A stretch of 62,890 nt of DNA, counting the filler, from Rhabdomonas costata (Eukaryota), in assembly GCA_019059605.1 (NCBI GenBank). It is 55 parts of 55 records of this genome, joined end to end, with 100 filler letters (N's around TTAATTAATTAA, not from the genome) between each part and the next. Parts side by side here need not be neighbours in the genome. Positions count along the whole stretch, not along the records: positions 1 to 1,045 come from JAHMHO010031569.1; positions 1,146 to 2,191 come from JAHMHO010031570.1; positions 2,292 to 3,337 come from JAHMHO010031571.1; positions 3,438 to 4,483 come from JAHMHO010031572.1; positions 4,584 to 5,629 come from JAHMHO010031573.1; positions 5,730 to 6,775 come from JAHMHO010031574.1; positions 6,876 to 7,921 come from JAHMHO010031575.1; positions 8,022 to 9,067 come from JAHMHO010031576.1; 47 more parts are not named here. The stretch is one strand, 5' to 3'. The notes beneath the pieces are model-generated. The model was not told the origin of the DNA, did no database searches, and worked only from the letters and a program-made list of their open reading frames with translations. Each line of letters opens with the position of its first letter. Position 1 is the stretch's first letter. The position numbers and the translations under genes are program-made. Shown here in pieces: positions 1 to 11,089 of the stretch.

Positions 1-1045
1 TGGGGTTCTCCTTCGGGGCCACGGCAGAGCCCACGCAGCTGCTGACCCCTGCACTGGCAGCCCCACCCTGGCAGCAGGCCTGCGGTGTGGTGGGCGGCGG
101 CGCCATCATGGGCATCACGTTCCCAATGCATCGTAGCGCACCCTGAGACCCCAAACGAGAAAAGATGGAGAAGGGCCAAAGTGGAAAGGGAATTGGGCCC
201 AAGTCTTCACTTGAGAGGTGGTGTGGGATGCGGGAAGGGAGGGGGTCGATCGGCAGGAATCGAAGGAATGACAATGTTTGGCAGGTGAAGGCGAGGGACA
301 CGGGAAACACCACTCACAGGTGGATGGTCAGACACATTCGTATTTGCGTGTGCGGGAGATGCTCACAAAAAACCTATATCAGCAAAGACGACTATATATG
401 ACAGCAGAGGAGTCTGGATGTGTGGGTGGAGAGGCGTGATAACTTGGGATCTCAGTGAACAGGGCATTTCATCAGATTGCGACCAAGCGCCTGAGACACT
501 GACGGAACGTCTGCAACTGATAGAGAGACATTATCTTCAAGATCCCCCCCCCCTAAATTCCACGCTTCATGCTACAGGAGCAAGGCAGACACACCCCAGT
601 AGGAGGGAAAGCTCTGACGCCGGAGACCTGGGCCGCCATCGAAGAAACCTTCCGGGAGCCCACGCACACGCGAACCGGCAAACAGAGCTCAGCAAGGGAA
701 CGATCGCTTCCGACGCTTTGGCGGTGGTCAACACAACACAAAACAGCAGCAGCGACTGTAAGGGAATCGGTGAACCGGTCAATCAGATAAAGAGAGTAAG
801 ACAGAGAAGGCCTCTACGAATGTTTTATCATACGTGTTAATAAAAAGACCCACCATCCAGAAACTATAAAATCGAAACATTGCCGAGGGTACGGGGAAGG
901 GGCATCAGGGAACCCAGCAAAAGAAAAGCCCATAATAAGAACCAAAGCTGGATACAAAAAATTAATATTTAATATTTTCTCTACTTGTTTAGCGTTTTTT
1001 TGTTTTTCAGAAAAAAAACGCAGCGCAATGTTTCTCCGAACAAAC

Positions 1046-1145
1046 NNNNNNNNNNNNNNNNNNNNNNNNNNNNNNNNNNNNNNNNNNNNTTAATTAATTA
1101 ANNNNNNNNNNNNNNNNNNNNNNNNNNNNNNNNNNNNNNNNNNNN
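1046..1145. other. Artificial assembly spacer (first of 54), N44-TTAATTAATTAA-N44
   Basis: The same 100-nt block recurs about every 1145 nt to the end of the window. TTAATTAATTAA gives a stop codon in all six frames. Confidence 0.98.
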
Positions 1146-1567
1146 CCCTTTGAGACCCGCAATGATCAAAGGTTGGGGGTGGGGGGTAGGTTTTGCTGCG
1201 GAAGTCCTGCGTGATCGGCTCGCAGCAAGAGTGCTATTCCAGCTTGTCTTGCGATACGCGCATTCTGTACTGAATGGGATGGTGGTGGATTTGCTGCAGG
1301 GAAATCCACAAGAAATCCAGAAAAAAGCTTTGCGAAGTAGCCTGCGGCAACATGCCCTTAGTCAGCGGTATAGCGGTTCCGCTCGGACTTTTCCTCGCTT
1401 TGTTTTCGCGCGGGCAGGGTGCCGTTTTTCGGTCTGATTTCACAGCTGCGCTTGCACCCATTTTTCTTGCTTTTTGCTCAGCAGCATTCGTTCGTTGCAG
1501 CCCCGTTTTCGCTTGCCTTTCTTTTTCCCTTAAGTGATTTTGAAAAGAAGTCTACCTTTGGATAGTA

Positions 1568-1886
1568 ATGACAATAATGAGCTTCCCCTGGGTTCACCGG
1601 ATGGCCAGTGCAGTGCTGATCGGGTTGGTGCTGTGCTTTGTGCCTCCGACAATGGGAAATCTCCGCTTGGGCGGGGATTCACTCAGAATGGCCACCCATC
1701 CCTGGGTTGCGGAGGATATTCCCAACCCCTCGAAGGACCCAGTGGGCTGCGGTCGACCACGGGGACGGAAGTCGTGGATCTGTGACCCGGACCGGCTGCT
1801 GAGCCCGTCTGGGGCGGATGCTGTGGACCGTGAATTGAAGGAGATCCGTTCAACGATCACGAGCATGTGCGGGAATGCTCCTCGAG
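1568..1886 (+). CDS. MOLO1/TPM-domain secreted or membrane protein, first exon
   Basis: Hydrophobic signal-like N-terminus, then WVAEDIPNPSKDPVGCGRPRGRKSWICDPDRLLS, matching the MOLO-1 family W..PNP....CGR...CDPD.LLS motif. GT donor at 1887. Confidence 0.8.
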
Positions 1887-2291
1887 GTGTGCGTGGGTAT
1901 TATTTTTGCGTTTCGGATTTTTTGATGGTGTAAGGTGGTTTTAGCTGGTTGTGTTGCATCGTAGTTGGCAGGGTGCAGGTTCCGTGTGTGCGTGTGGATG
2001 TGTTGCGAAGCTCGTAACGGAAATGATTTTGTGATCCATCAAAATCGTCGGGGAGCTGTATTTTTTAGATTCGATGCTTCGCATCTCTCTCTCCAATTTT
2101 CACTTTGTCGTCTTTTTTGTATTTGCTGCAATGAGTATCGCGCCGAAGGACTTCCGACCAGAAGACCCCAAAAACCAACCACACCCAACACNNNNNNNNN
2201 NNNNNNNNNNNNNNNNNNNNNNNNNNNNNNNNNNNTTAATTAATTAANNNNNNNNNNNNNNNNNNNNNNNNNNNNNNNNNNNNNNNNNNNN

Positions 2292-3337
2292 GGTGGTCCG
2301 AAAGCGAGAAGCTGAAGCTGTCCTGCCCATCGTGCAGGGCGAAGGGTTGGTAGAACAGCTCAAGAGGAGGCCCTACTTGGGCTTGCGGGGCATCGTATGT
2401 CCCCACGAGCTGCACCGCGTTGACTTCGATGTAGGTCTGGGATTGACTGCAGTCGAATTCCAGTCGGAGGGTGTCTACGGGGAAGGGAGTAGCGCAGATG
2501 GGAATGGACCGCGCCACCGGGGCAAAGGCGTCCTCGGGCAGCGGCGTCCCCATCCACAGCGTCAGCCACTGCCCTGGAATGCTGGGGCTGGGGGTTCGCA
2601 CCCGCACCAGCGAGCGAGGACCATCGGTCTAAGCCAAAAACAAACCTATTGCAGGCATCTGGCTGGAAGCATGCACGTTTTAGGGTCCCCAAAGTCCATA
2701 CAAGCGCCAGCGAAGGGTTATCCCCAAAGCAGCATCACAGCAGTGTCGTCAGCAGCGCAACTATTAGCAATCAAAGTATATGAAAACGTGGTCGTTAACT
2801 CCTCTTACACGGCACCACACGGCACCACAGACCCGCCCGATTCCTTCGCACGAGTCGTAACGTTCCCATGCTTGCTCGGTGGATTTTGGTTGAAGGGAGC
2901 TTGCGCCATGCAACCACACGCCGAGAAAAAGCAGATGAGCGCCACATAGCACAGTCGAACGCACAGCAACCTCCACGATGACCATTGATGTGGGGAAGAC
3001 CTTCGCGACGAACCGCACCGTGATGAACTCGGTGTAGCAGAACTGGGCCTCGATGCAGGTGAAGTTCAGCCCCATGGTGTTCCAGTTGAGGTGGTTGTTG
3101 CCGTAGGTGAAGACGTCCTGCGGACCTACGATGTTCGAGGCGGGCATCAAGGGATACTCCGAGCTGAACCCTAGCACCTCCGCCGCCCACAGCGCGGTGG
3201 TGTTCATCGCGGGCACCAGCGAGCCCACGCGCTGGCCGTTGCGGTACAGAATCCCCTTCGAGGGAAGACTGGTCAGCACCACCGTGGTAACCTCCTGCGT
3301 GGCAGCCCCCAGCGCTCCCCTCATGGAGGAATACCAA
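2292..3337 (-). CDS. Extracellular protein fragment, two exons (2971-3337, 2292-2628): FBXL4-N/pappalysin-like domain flanked by the two halves of a Big_9/cadherin-like Ig domain
   Basis: WAAEVLGFSSEY..IVGPQDVF..W..FITVRF..IVE joins TDGPRSLVRV..WLTLW..FPVDTLRLEFD..IEVNAVQLVG across a phase-0 GT-AG intron (2629-2970). Confidence 0.75.
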
Positions 3338-4583
3338 NNNNNNNNNNNNNNNNNNNNNNNNNNNNNNNNNNNNNNNNNNNNTTAATTAATTAANNNNNNN
3401 NNNNNNNNNNNNNNNNNNNNNNNNNNNNNNNNNNNNNGTTTTTGGTTATGACACGCATCCTTTTGTCGGAAGCGGGTTGCTGGGCCGCAGCAAAAACGAA
3501 GACGGAGCCAGAGGCAGGTGAGACCGCTAGGGAGTGGGACCACGCCAAAGCTGACGACAGATTGGGAGCGCCCTGGCTAGTAAAGTCTAAGTCCTCCGAG
3601 GATACGAAATAACAAAAGGTCAAAGATTTCATGCGTTTCTCTTCTGAAGCTATGACAGCAGAAGGATAAGTGCTGGCAACACACGCAATAAACCAGCGCC
3701 GGTGTGGTGATGGTGGTGCCTACCTACGATCCACAATGTTTCGTCCTTTCCCTTAACGCCAGCTGCGATTATCTCTCTCTCTCTCAAGAAGAGATTCACC
3801 TTGGAACACACTGAAAACAACAAAACAATGTAAGCCACCGCGAAGCAAAACAGTGAAGTAATACAAGTGATAAGGAACGTGATAGGATCGAACACCACCA
3901 CCACATCACCACACATAGGATACATGCCACCAAACCATGGTCACCCACCCACGCGTATTCCAAAACCAAAACTTAGCCGCGACGCGTAGGAGAGGTACAC
4001 GACGCACCGCCACACACCCAAATGGGAAAAAGGCACACGCGCACATTTTTGCCCAATCATTATTCTCCAGGAAAGAGCAGCACCGCCAGGCCACCCGTCT
4101 TCCTGCCAACCATTGGGGGGTAACAAGGAGAAGAACTCACCCCCATCCCCACCCATTGGAAGGAAACACCGAACAGCACTGCAGCACCACACGTGAGAAT
4201 TCCTCCCAGCAAATAACGCCCCAAGTGCCTTACTCAGGCACACACGAGGTAGTGTACAAAACCGCACACCACGTTATATGAGAGAGCCCATGTGCGGCGC
4301 AGGGGGCACTAGAGGTGCGCAGCAATCCTTAGAAACGCCCAGGCTACCTTGCTCCAAATGGAGGGCAGGTTCCTGCGGAGACGGGGCCCCACAGCCACGG
4401 CCCGCAAGCACGCCCTGCAACAGAGCAAACATCGCCGCGGTGTCGATGGGTTTGCCCAGCACCGCGAGCATCCCCACACCACCNNNNNNNNNNNNNNNNN
4501 NNNNNNNNNNNNNNNNNNNNNNNNNNNTTAATTAATTAANNNNNNNNNNNNNNNNNNNNNNNNNNNNNNNNNNNNNNNNNNNN

Positions 4584-5629
4584 GGGGTTTGTGGTGCAAC
4601 GAAAGGCCGAGATCCGACGCGGAAGAGGCTGCTTGCAAGAACGATGCCCAGGCAGCGAGGGGATGAATAACCACGGGATTCTGAGCTCCCAAGCCCCCAT
4701 CTTTGATCGGTAGGTTAGCAAGAGCCCAGCTTGCATCTGGTAACGACGTGCCTACAATATCAGACCAAGTCTCGCAAAGCAAAACTTCGGCTCGGTGAGC
4801 AAGGAAATCCCCAGCCTCAAAGGGAAGAGCCCTCAGAAGGTAGGTCACCTTAGCAGCACTTAGACAATGTCGAGCAATGAGGCTTGCTGAATGAGTGCAA
4901 TGAAGCGTTGACAGCTTCTGCAGCGCCGTTTTGAATTTACAAAGGAATCTCTCCAGAAAAGAACCAGTGAAGCCTGGGCTCCCAGCAGGATCCACCACCA
5001 TCCCAGCAGTCCATGGGACAAACGGGATTTTCGATAGGTGAAGCAGCTCCAACGGGGGGGCTTCTACAGCGAAGTATTGACTTTTTTGTTTGTTGAGTTT
5101 CAAGCCGACGGCTGCTGCTTCTCTCTTGATGACTTCAAGAGACTCATTGAGCCTAGGTGGGGACCCGCATTGTGAAAGGTCGTTCAAATAGCTCTTCGTC
5201 CAGTTGGAGAATGCCTCCCTCAGAACTGTTTGCATCGTTACCGAGAAAAACAACGCACCGCAAGGGTCCCCTTGTTGGGTTCCTGAAGCAGAGGAGATGA
5301 CGAAGGAGTCCCCTCGTAGCTTGGCCGGCATACCATAGCAAAAGACAGCGTAGTTGTACTGGGCACATCTCTTTAATTCTCGGGAGCATTGCCTGGCGCT
5401 TGATTGAATTAAAGGCATTTGAGAAATCCAACACCAAAAGACCCTCTCCAATGGCGGGCCCGGGGGAAAGCATCCACTGCCGGGTCTGATGGACGATGGC
5501 TTCCGCTGCTCCAGGCACTCCGACACCCAGTTGCCACGGAAGAAGAGACGGAACAGCTTCTGGCTGGAAACGCGCCACCAAACACTTTCCAGACAATCGC
5601 CGCAGGGTTTCCCCGATGGCCCAACAACA
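4584..5629 (-). mobile_element. Decayed non-LTR retrotransposon reverse transcriptase, CRE/SLACS-like clade
   Basis: Motifs AIGETLRRL, QLGVGVPGAAEAIVH, LDFSNAFNSI, GTQQGDP, YLND (YLDD lost) and LPIKDGGLG. Frameshift near 5359. Confidence 0.9.
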
Positions 5630-7395
5630 NNNNNNNNNNNNNNNNNNNNNNNNNNNNNNNNNNNNNNNNNNNNTTAATTAATTAANNNNNNNNNNNNNNN
5701 NNNNNNNNNNNNNNNNNNNNNNNNNNNNNGGGTTGGGGGTCTGAGTGGAATGGAGGGCTTGGTTGCTGTGCGTATGGTAGGTTTTGTGTTCTGATTGAGC
5801 TTGAGATTGAGATCGAGATTTGGATGGGTAATGTGTGTGATGCTTTGTGTCGTGATTTCGGACTTGGTGGTTTCTGACGTGGGGGTTTCGGGAGTGGGTA
5901 TTGGTGCTGGAATTCCCGCTTAGTTGTGGATGTCATTTAGGGAAGTTATATGTGCAAATGAGCGTTTACATTTGAATTAACAAACAGCAGGAAACGGGAG
6001 ATGGTGAACCACTTTCCTCAGGCTACAGTGATTTCAGGCTTACCAAAAACACCTCAAAGCAGTCGATGTAAAAGCACTCCTCATTGCCTTCATTAAATGT
6101 CTGGGTGCGCATCTTGATTTTCTGGTCGCACAAAGCAAGTGAGAGGGCTTCGTCTCCCAAACCTCGTACTGGGCTCAGGGCCCGGTTTACTGATACTTAC
6201 GTACTTTACAAAATACGTCACTGATTTCGGTAGAAATTCAGTTTAAAGTCCTCTCTTTACCAATCCCAAAACAAAAGCGTTACAAGGAAATCAAACACAC
6301 ACACATGTTCCACGTTCACTTCGGAATTAGGAAAATAAGCGAATTGAAGGAAGGGAGAAGAGCGTGTAAAAACTTGGAAAAGGAACGCCAAGGTGCATGA
6401 AAAGAATGGAAAATATTTACAACAATTTATTGGACTAAGTTTTTGGGTCAAATCCGGTAGTTTTGTGGGGATGAGTTTTGGTCTAGCAAAAGGGGGTTTC
6501 CAATTAGATTCCTCTAGTTATGGTCTAATGCGGTAGTAAATTTCAAAACAAGACGGTAGTGTCAAGTGACCAAAAGGTCCGCGATGGAAAAGCGGTACCA
6601 AAGGAAACCAAAAGCAGGAAGAAAAGCACGAAAAAGACAGTGGCAATGGTCAAGGGGAATGACCAGAAAGGTCATTTGTCCGATGAAGTCGTTGGGTCGG
6701 TAGGTCGCGTTAAATCTGGCAGCTGAACAACAAAAAAAGCAATCAAAAGCTCTGAGACAACGCGACCCACCCAACNNNNNNNNNNNNNNNNNNNNNNNNN
6801 NNNNNNNNNNNNNNNNNNNTTAATTAATTAANNNNNNNNNNNNNNNNNNNNNNNNNNNNNNNNNNNNNNNNNNNNGGGTGTGGTTCTTTTCGGCAGCAGC
6901 CCCGAGCCGCGAGCAGGCACCGCGAGGCTTGGGGAGAGGTACCGCCCCTCAAAGGAGGCCGGAGGGGAGGGGCTGCACTTTAGCTCCGCAACCGCCAGCG
7001 AGCCCGGGGGGCTGCGAGGAGAGTGAGTAAGTCTGGATGGGCTCTCACAGGAATTTTGAAACTGAAATGTACCACGCACCAGCCGGAACGGACCTGAGTT
7101 CGGATGGACAAAGACTGCACCCCGCCCCATTCTTCCTCCCCCCTCTCTCTTCTGGGGCAAGTCTGCTGAGTCAAGCGGGCTCCTCTTCTCCTCCCGAAAA
7201 GAACCAGGCCCTAACCTTAGCACAAAATCAGAGTTGCACGTGGGAAGAACGCGACTAGGATACCATAAAAAGGCTGAGAAGTGGTGCACGCAAGGGAGCG
7301 TAAGATGCGGATAAAGAAGTCTCTCTGTCCCCATATCCATAAGAGCTTGATTACACCAAAAGTCATTAAATATGTCCCCCCGAAAGCACAGAGAC

Positions 7396-7921
7396 CTGGC
7401 AAGCTTCGCCCCGGAACCCACAAGCACGTCTAGGACCTCGGTCTGGCCGTACTGCCGCGCGATTTGAGCTGCGGTGCGGCCCTTGCGGTCTTTGGCTTCC
7501 AGGTCGGCCTTGGCGGTCTGGCGAGAACCAACCCACGTGTCAACCCAGCATCGCCCTACTTCGGTGGAGCGCTGTGCATGTTCGCTTCTGCTTGCTTTCA
7601 AGCCAAAGCTAGGTAAAGTAAGGTTAACAGAACGCTTCACAGTTGGGAGGGAAGGGATGCAATTTGTCGCGTTGATATGCTATTTTGTAAATAACTGGAC
7701 ACGTGAAAAAATGCAATCGTCGCTTATTTGAACTTAATGTATCCATTCAATACGGTCCAAAGACGTAGCAAAGGCTCACAAACCACGCGCAGAAAGGCCG
7801 CACACACAGACGCACAATAAGAATCTGGCACAGCTCTGCAGAGCCCTCCGTGGCGCAGAGGTGGAGCGCGGTGCGGCCCTCGCGGTTCACGCTGTTGACG
7901 TCGCACATTTGCACCACCCCC
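7396..7921 (-). CDS. Ankyrin-repeat protein, two exons (7816-7921, 7396-7517)
   Basis: CDVNSVNREGRTALHLCATEGSAELCQILI joins TAKADLEAKDRKGRTAAQIARQYGQTEVLDVL across GT-AG intron 7518-7815, giving a continuous ankyrin consensus. Confidence 0.88.
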
Positions 7922-8021
7922 NNNNNNNNNNNNNNNNNNNNNNNNNNNNNNNNNNNNNNNNNNNNTTAATTAATTAANNNNNNNNNNNNNNNNNNNNNNN
8001 NNNNNNNNNNNNNNNNNNNNN

Positions 8022-8477
8022 CAGCAGCTATACGTCGAAGCATTCCGGCCCACGCGGGGGCCCGCTTGACATAGCTCTATCCTTATCGGGTTGTCTAGCG
8101 GAAAGCTCAGGCTCAAGTCTGCAAAAGCCCAAAGCGTCCTTAGAAAGGGTTTTGGGCTCACAATGAAAGCCTGAACAAATGGGTCCACATAATTGTTTTC
8201 GCTGAGCCAGTAAACTTTACAAAATACAATGAGCTCCGCGCTTCTGGTGGGTATGCCACTAGTTTGGGATTGGGGTTGGTCTGGCGAGTGTGACATGTCC
8301 CCTGAATTTCTCTCCAGCAATGTCAAGAGCAACGACCAAAAACTAGCCGCTGCAGCAGCTATACGTCGAAGCATTCCGGCCCACGCGGGGGCCCGCTTGA
8401 CATAGCTCTATCCTTATCGGGTTGTCTAGCGGAAAGCTCAGGCTCAAGTCTGCAAAAGCCCAAAGTGTCCTTAGAAA
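8022..8477. repeat. 125-bp direct repeat (8022-8146 and 8353-8477, one mismatch)
   Basis: Direct comparison of the two copies. Confidence 0.95.
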
Positions 8478-8815
8478 CGAGGTCAAGTCGAAAAGGCCCC
8501 GAAAAGTTCTCCAGAAGCCTAGCAATGCACCCCATTATACGTCATATATGTCAGTCCGACGTAAGATGTAAATACGATACCCAAGATCGTATGTAGATTG
8601 AGAAAAAGAGACAAAAACACCCACAATTGCGGTAGGAAAATTACCCTGGCTTGGGCTGGTTTGCTGTAAGGGTAGGATTTCAGTCTTTCGCGGGGAAGGG
8701 GGGACCAAGGACCAAATAATTTCCGACCACATCCTTCACACAGTACAGCTTCGGTAAGTTACAGCATGGGTGCACGGGTGCCTCAGGCAGCGAGGAGGCA
8801 GGGAGAGCCACCCAC

Positions 8816-8950
8816 CGCTTGGCGAGTGAGGGCCTGCGTGAGCATCGCCTCCCTGTTGGCCAAGGCCTTCCGAAGCCTCTCTAGCTCCAGCTCCTTCGTC
8901 TGGCTCTCCTGTTGATCCCTCTGCAGCCTCTCCACGAGGTCCTGGCAGTC
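8816..8950 (-). CDS. Coiled-coil exon of an unknown protein
   Basis: DCQDLVERLQRDQQESQTKELELERLRKALANREAMLTQALTRQA, bounded by a ctgcag acceptor and a GTGGGT donor; GC-rich codons. Confidence 0.6.
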
Positions 8951-10869
8951 CTGCAGGATAAATGGGTCGGCGTCAGCGCACATACGTGTCTCTGTGTCAA
9001 TACAGTGACTGAATATACAAGTGTGACGGCAGGGACAGAAATCAGAGAAAAGGGCTCCACCCACCACNNNNNNNNNNNNNNNNNNNNNNNNNNNNNNNNN
9101 NNNNNNNNNNNTTAATTAATTAANNNNNNNNNNNNNNNNNNNNNNNNNNNNNNNNNNNNNNNNNNNNTGTTGTGTTTGCGGCAGTGCTGGGAAGGGCGGC
9201 AAACCACTCGGTAAGTCACGTCACCTCAGACGGGAGCCAGGTCTCCGTGCCTGGATGATGAGCTTGCAGCCGTGGAAGATGGGGAGCTTAACTTGGTGGA
9301 CAAATAGGACGAGGCTTACTCAGGATGCAGCAGGAAGTCCATGTAATGCGGCAACCTCAGCCACCCTCCGCATCAACACCCCCGCCTGGTGCGCTGATGG
9401 TTACTGGCGAGGAGCTTGAGCGGACTGCGATCACGGAGCCTGAGGTCACCTTCTGGATCCCCAGCGCGGAACTAGGCCTTGCCCCATGGCCCCGCGACTT
9501 CGTTCTGCTGCAAGGTTCTGCAAGGCCCTGCGCCTGTGGCAGCATTTTGTGTGCACGCCCCTGGGAAGCAGCGAGAGCAGCTTCCACTCACAACTAACGT
9601 CGGCGAGCTCAAAGAGCGGGGGGCGCAACTATGGGGCGTAGGGCTGCATGAGTTCTGCCCATTTGGGGTTTAACTTGTCCCCTCTTTTATTTTTTGTATT
9701 CTTTTTTCTCGTTTTTTTTTCTCGTTTTTTTTAGCTTTCCCCTGAGTTGTGGGTGCCCCCGTCCAACCCTCCGGCTGCAGCGGGCCAAGCGGCACAATAT
9801 TGTACAATATATATGAGCCGCCAAAAACGGAAGTGACTGGCCTGGGGTGCAAGGACAGCGCGCAGCCGTATCCTGTGCTTCGGCTTATTTCTCTTGCGGT
9901 GGTTGCGGGTGGAGTTTCGACGTGGATGTTTGGTAGTCACTTTGTTCAAGAAGTGGCTCTCTCCTCTTTGACGCAGAACTCTGTGGAATTTTTTTCTTTT
10001 CACAAAAACGCTGTGCGCCCCTTTTGGGTATCTTCGTACTACCCTAACCCTACTTGGACAGCCCGTCTTGTAAAGCTTCCTTTTTCCGCACTCCGCTCTT
10101 AAGTTGATATAATAATTTTGCGTCCCTTTTTGATTTGATCCGTCACCCTGACTCAAACCTGAAACCTTGTCCAAGCCACCAAAGCCCAGCAGAATAAAAG
10201 TTACAAACAAACANNNNNNNNNNNNNNNNNNNNNNNNNNNNNNNNNNNNNNNNNNNNTTAATTAATTAANNNNNNNNNNNNNNNNNNNNNNNNNNNNNNN
10301 NNNNNNNNNNNNNGTTGTTGGGTTCCTCAATAGGGGGACCTCACCGCACATACAGGGGCGCCTTGTCCATCAGCAAACATCAGGGGCTGGGGGCTACCTC
10401 TTTTCTTTTTCGTCACTGCTAGCATTAGCCTTCAGTGCCATGGGTCCGGACCACCTCCACTGGATAGCCCACCCACACAACTTTGGGTTGACCAAGTCAT
10501 CAAAATTGGCAGATACAGACCGACCGACACACACTCATGCGTACAAATCCCATATTTCACATTTCCCACACTTCGTTCGTCCCTCACCTTGCTTCGTTGC
10601 GGGAAAAGGCCCCCGAAAGGGAAACTCAAAAGGTGCCGTTTTTTCGCTAAGATCCGAAAAAGCGGCAGGTCATATCTCCTCCTCCATAAACAGGTACCTT
10701 CAGGTGAAGGAGGTAATGTGTTCAGAATAGCAAAACACGCGAACCAACCCTCCACTGCGGTGGGCTGAGCGATTTCTTGTCCGGTTTTACAAAAGAAAGA
10801 ACAGTGAAAGCAGGTCACGGCACATCGAGGGTGCAAAGACGGGGAGAGGGAAAGCGCGATGTCTTGTAC

Positions 10870-11089
10870 CAGCATGTCCATCCCGTGCGCCAGCCGGGAC
10901 AGGGACCTCGTCACCAGCCAGCCAATAATCACCGCGCACAAGAGCCCCACACACACCAACCCCCAGAAGCGCGGACATGTCTCTGTTAGTGCGGCGAATG
11001 TTGCTCAATTTGGACGCGGTGTCAGCCTCAATGGGGCCCATTGTCGAGGCGCGGTCCACCAAGAGGACCAGGTTGACGTGAAGGTCCAT
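10870..11089 (-). CDS. TM plus HAMP-start exon of a receptor-type (probably adenylate cyclase) protein, with a 1-nt frameshift
   Basis: MDLHVNLVLLVDRASTMGPIEADT..RDMSALLG / LVCVGLLCAVIIGWLVTRSLSRLAHGMDML. The AG-to-GT exon is 220 nt; removing one base from the C5 run at 10960-10964 restores the frame. Confidence 0.6.

Noticed and set aside
1090-1101. Regularly spaced TTAATTAATTAA as a CRISPR-like array or regulatory repeat
   Set aside because: Always centred in an N-run; it is a standard six-frame-stop assembly linker.
3650-3925. Hydrophobic ORF with a FDP motif resembling an MHYT sensor segment
   Set aside because: No MHYT signature or clear splice sites; GT-rich non-coding sequence often translates as hydrophobic.
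6040-6720. Small minus-strand exon-like pieces faintly resembling a TLDc domain (FNATYRPNDFIGQMTFL; FYIDCFEVF)
   Set aside because: Intron phases could not be reconciled and the similarity is too weak by eye.
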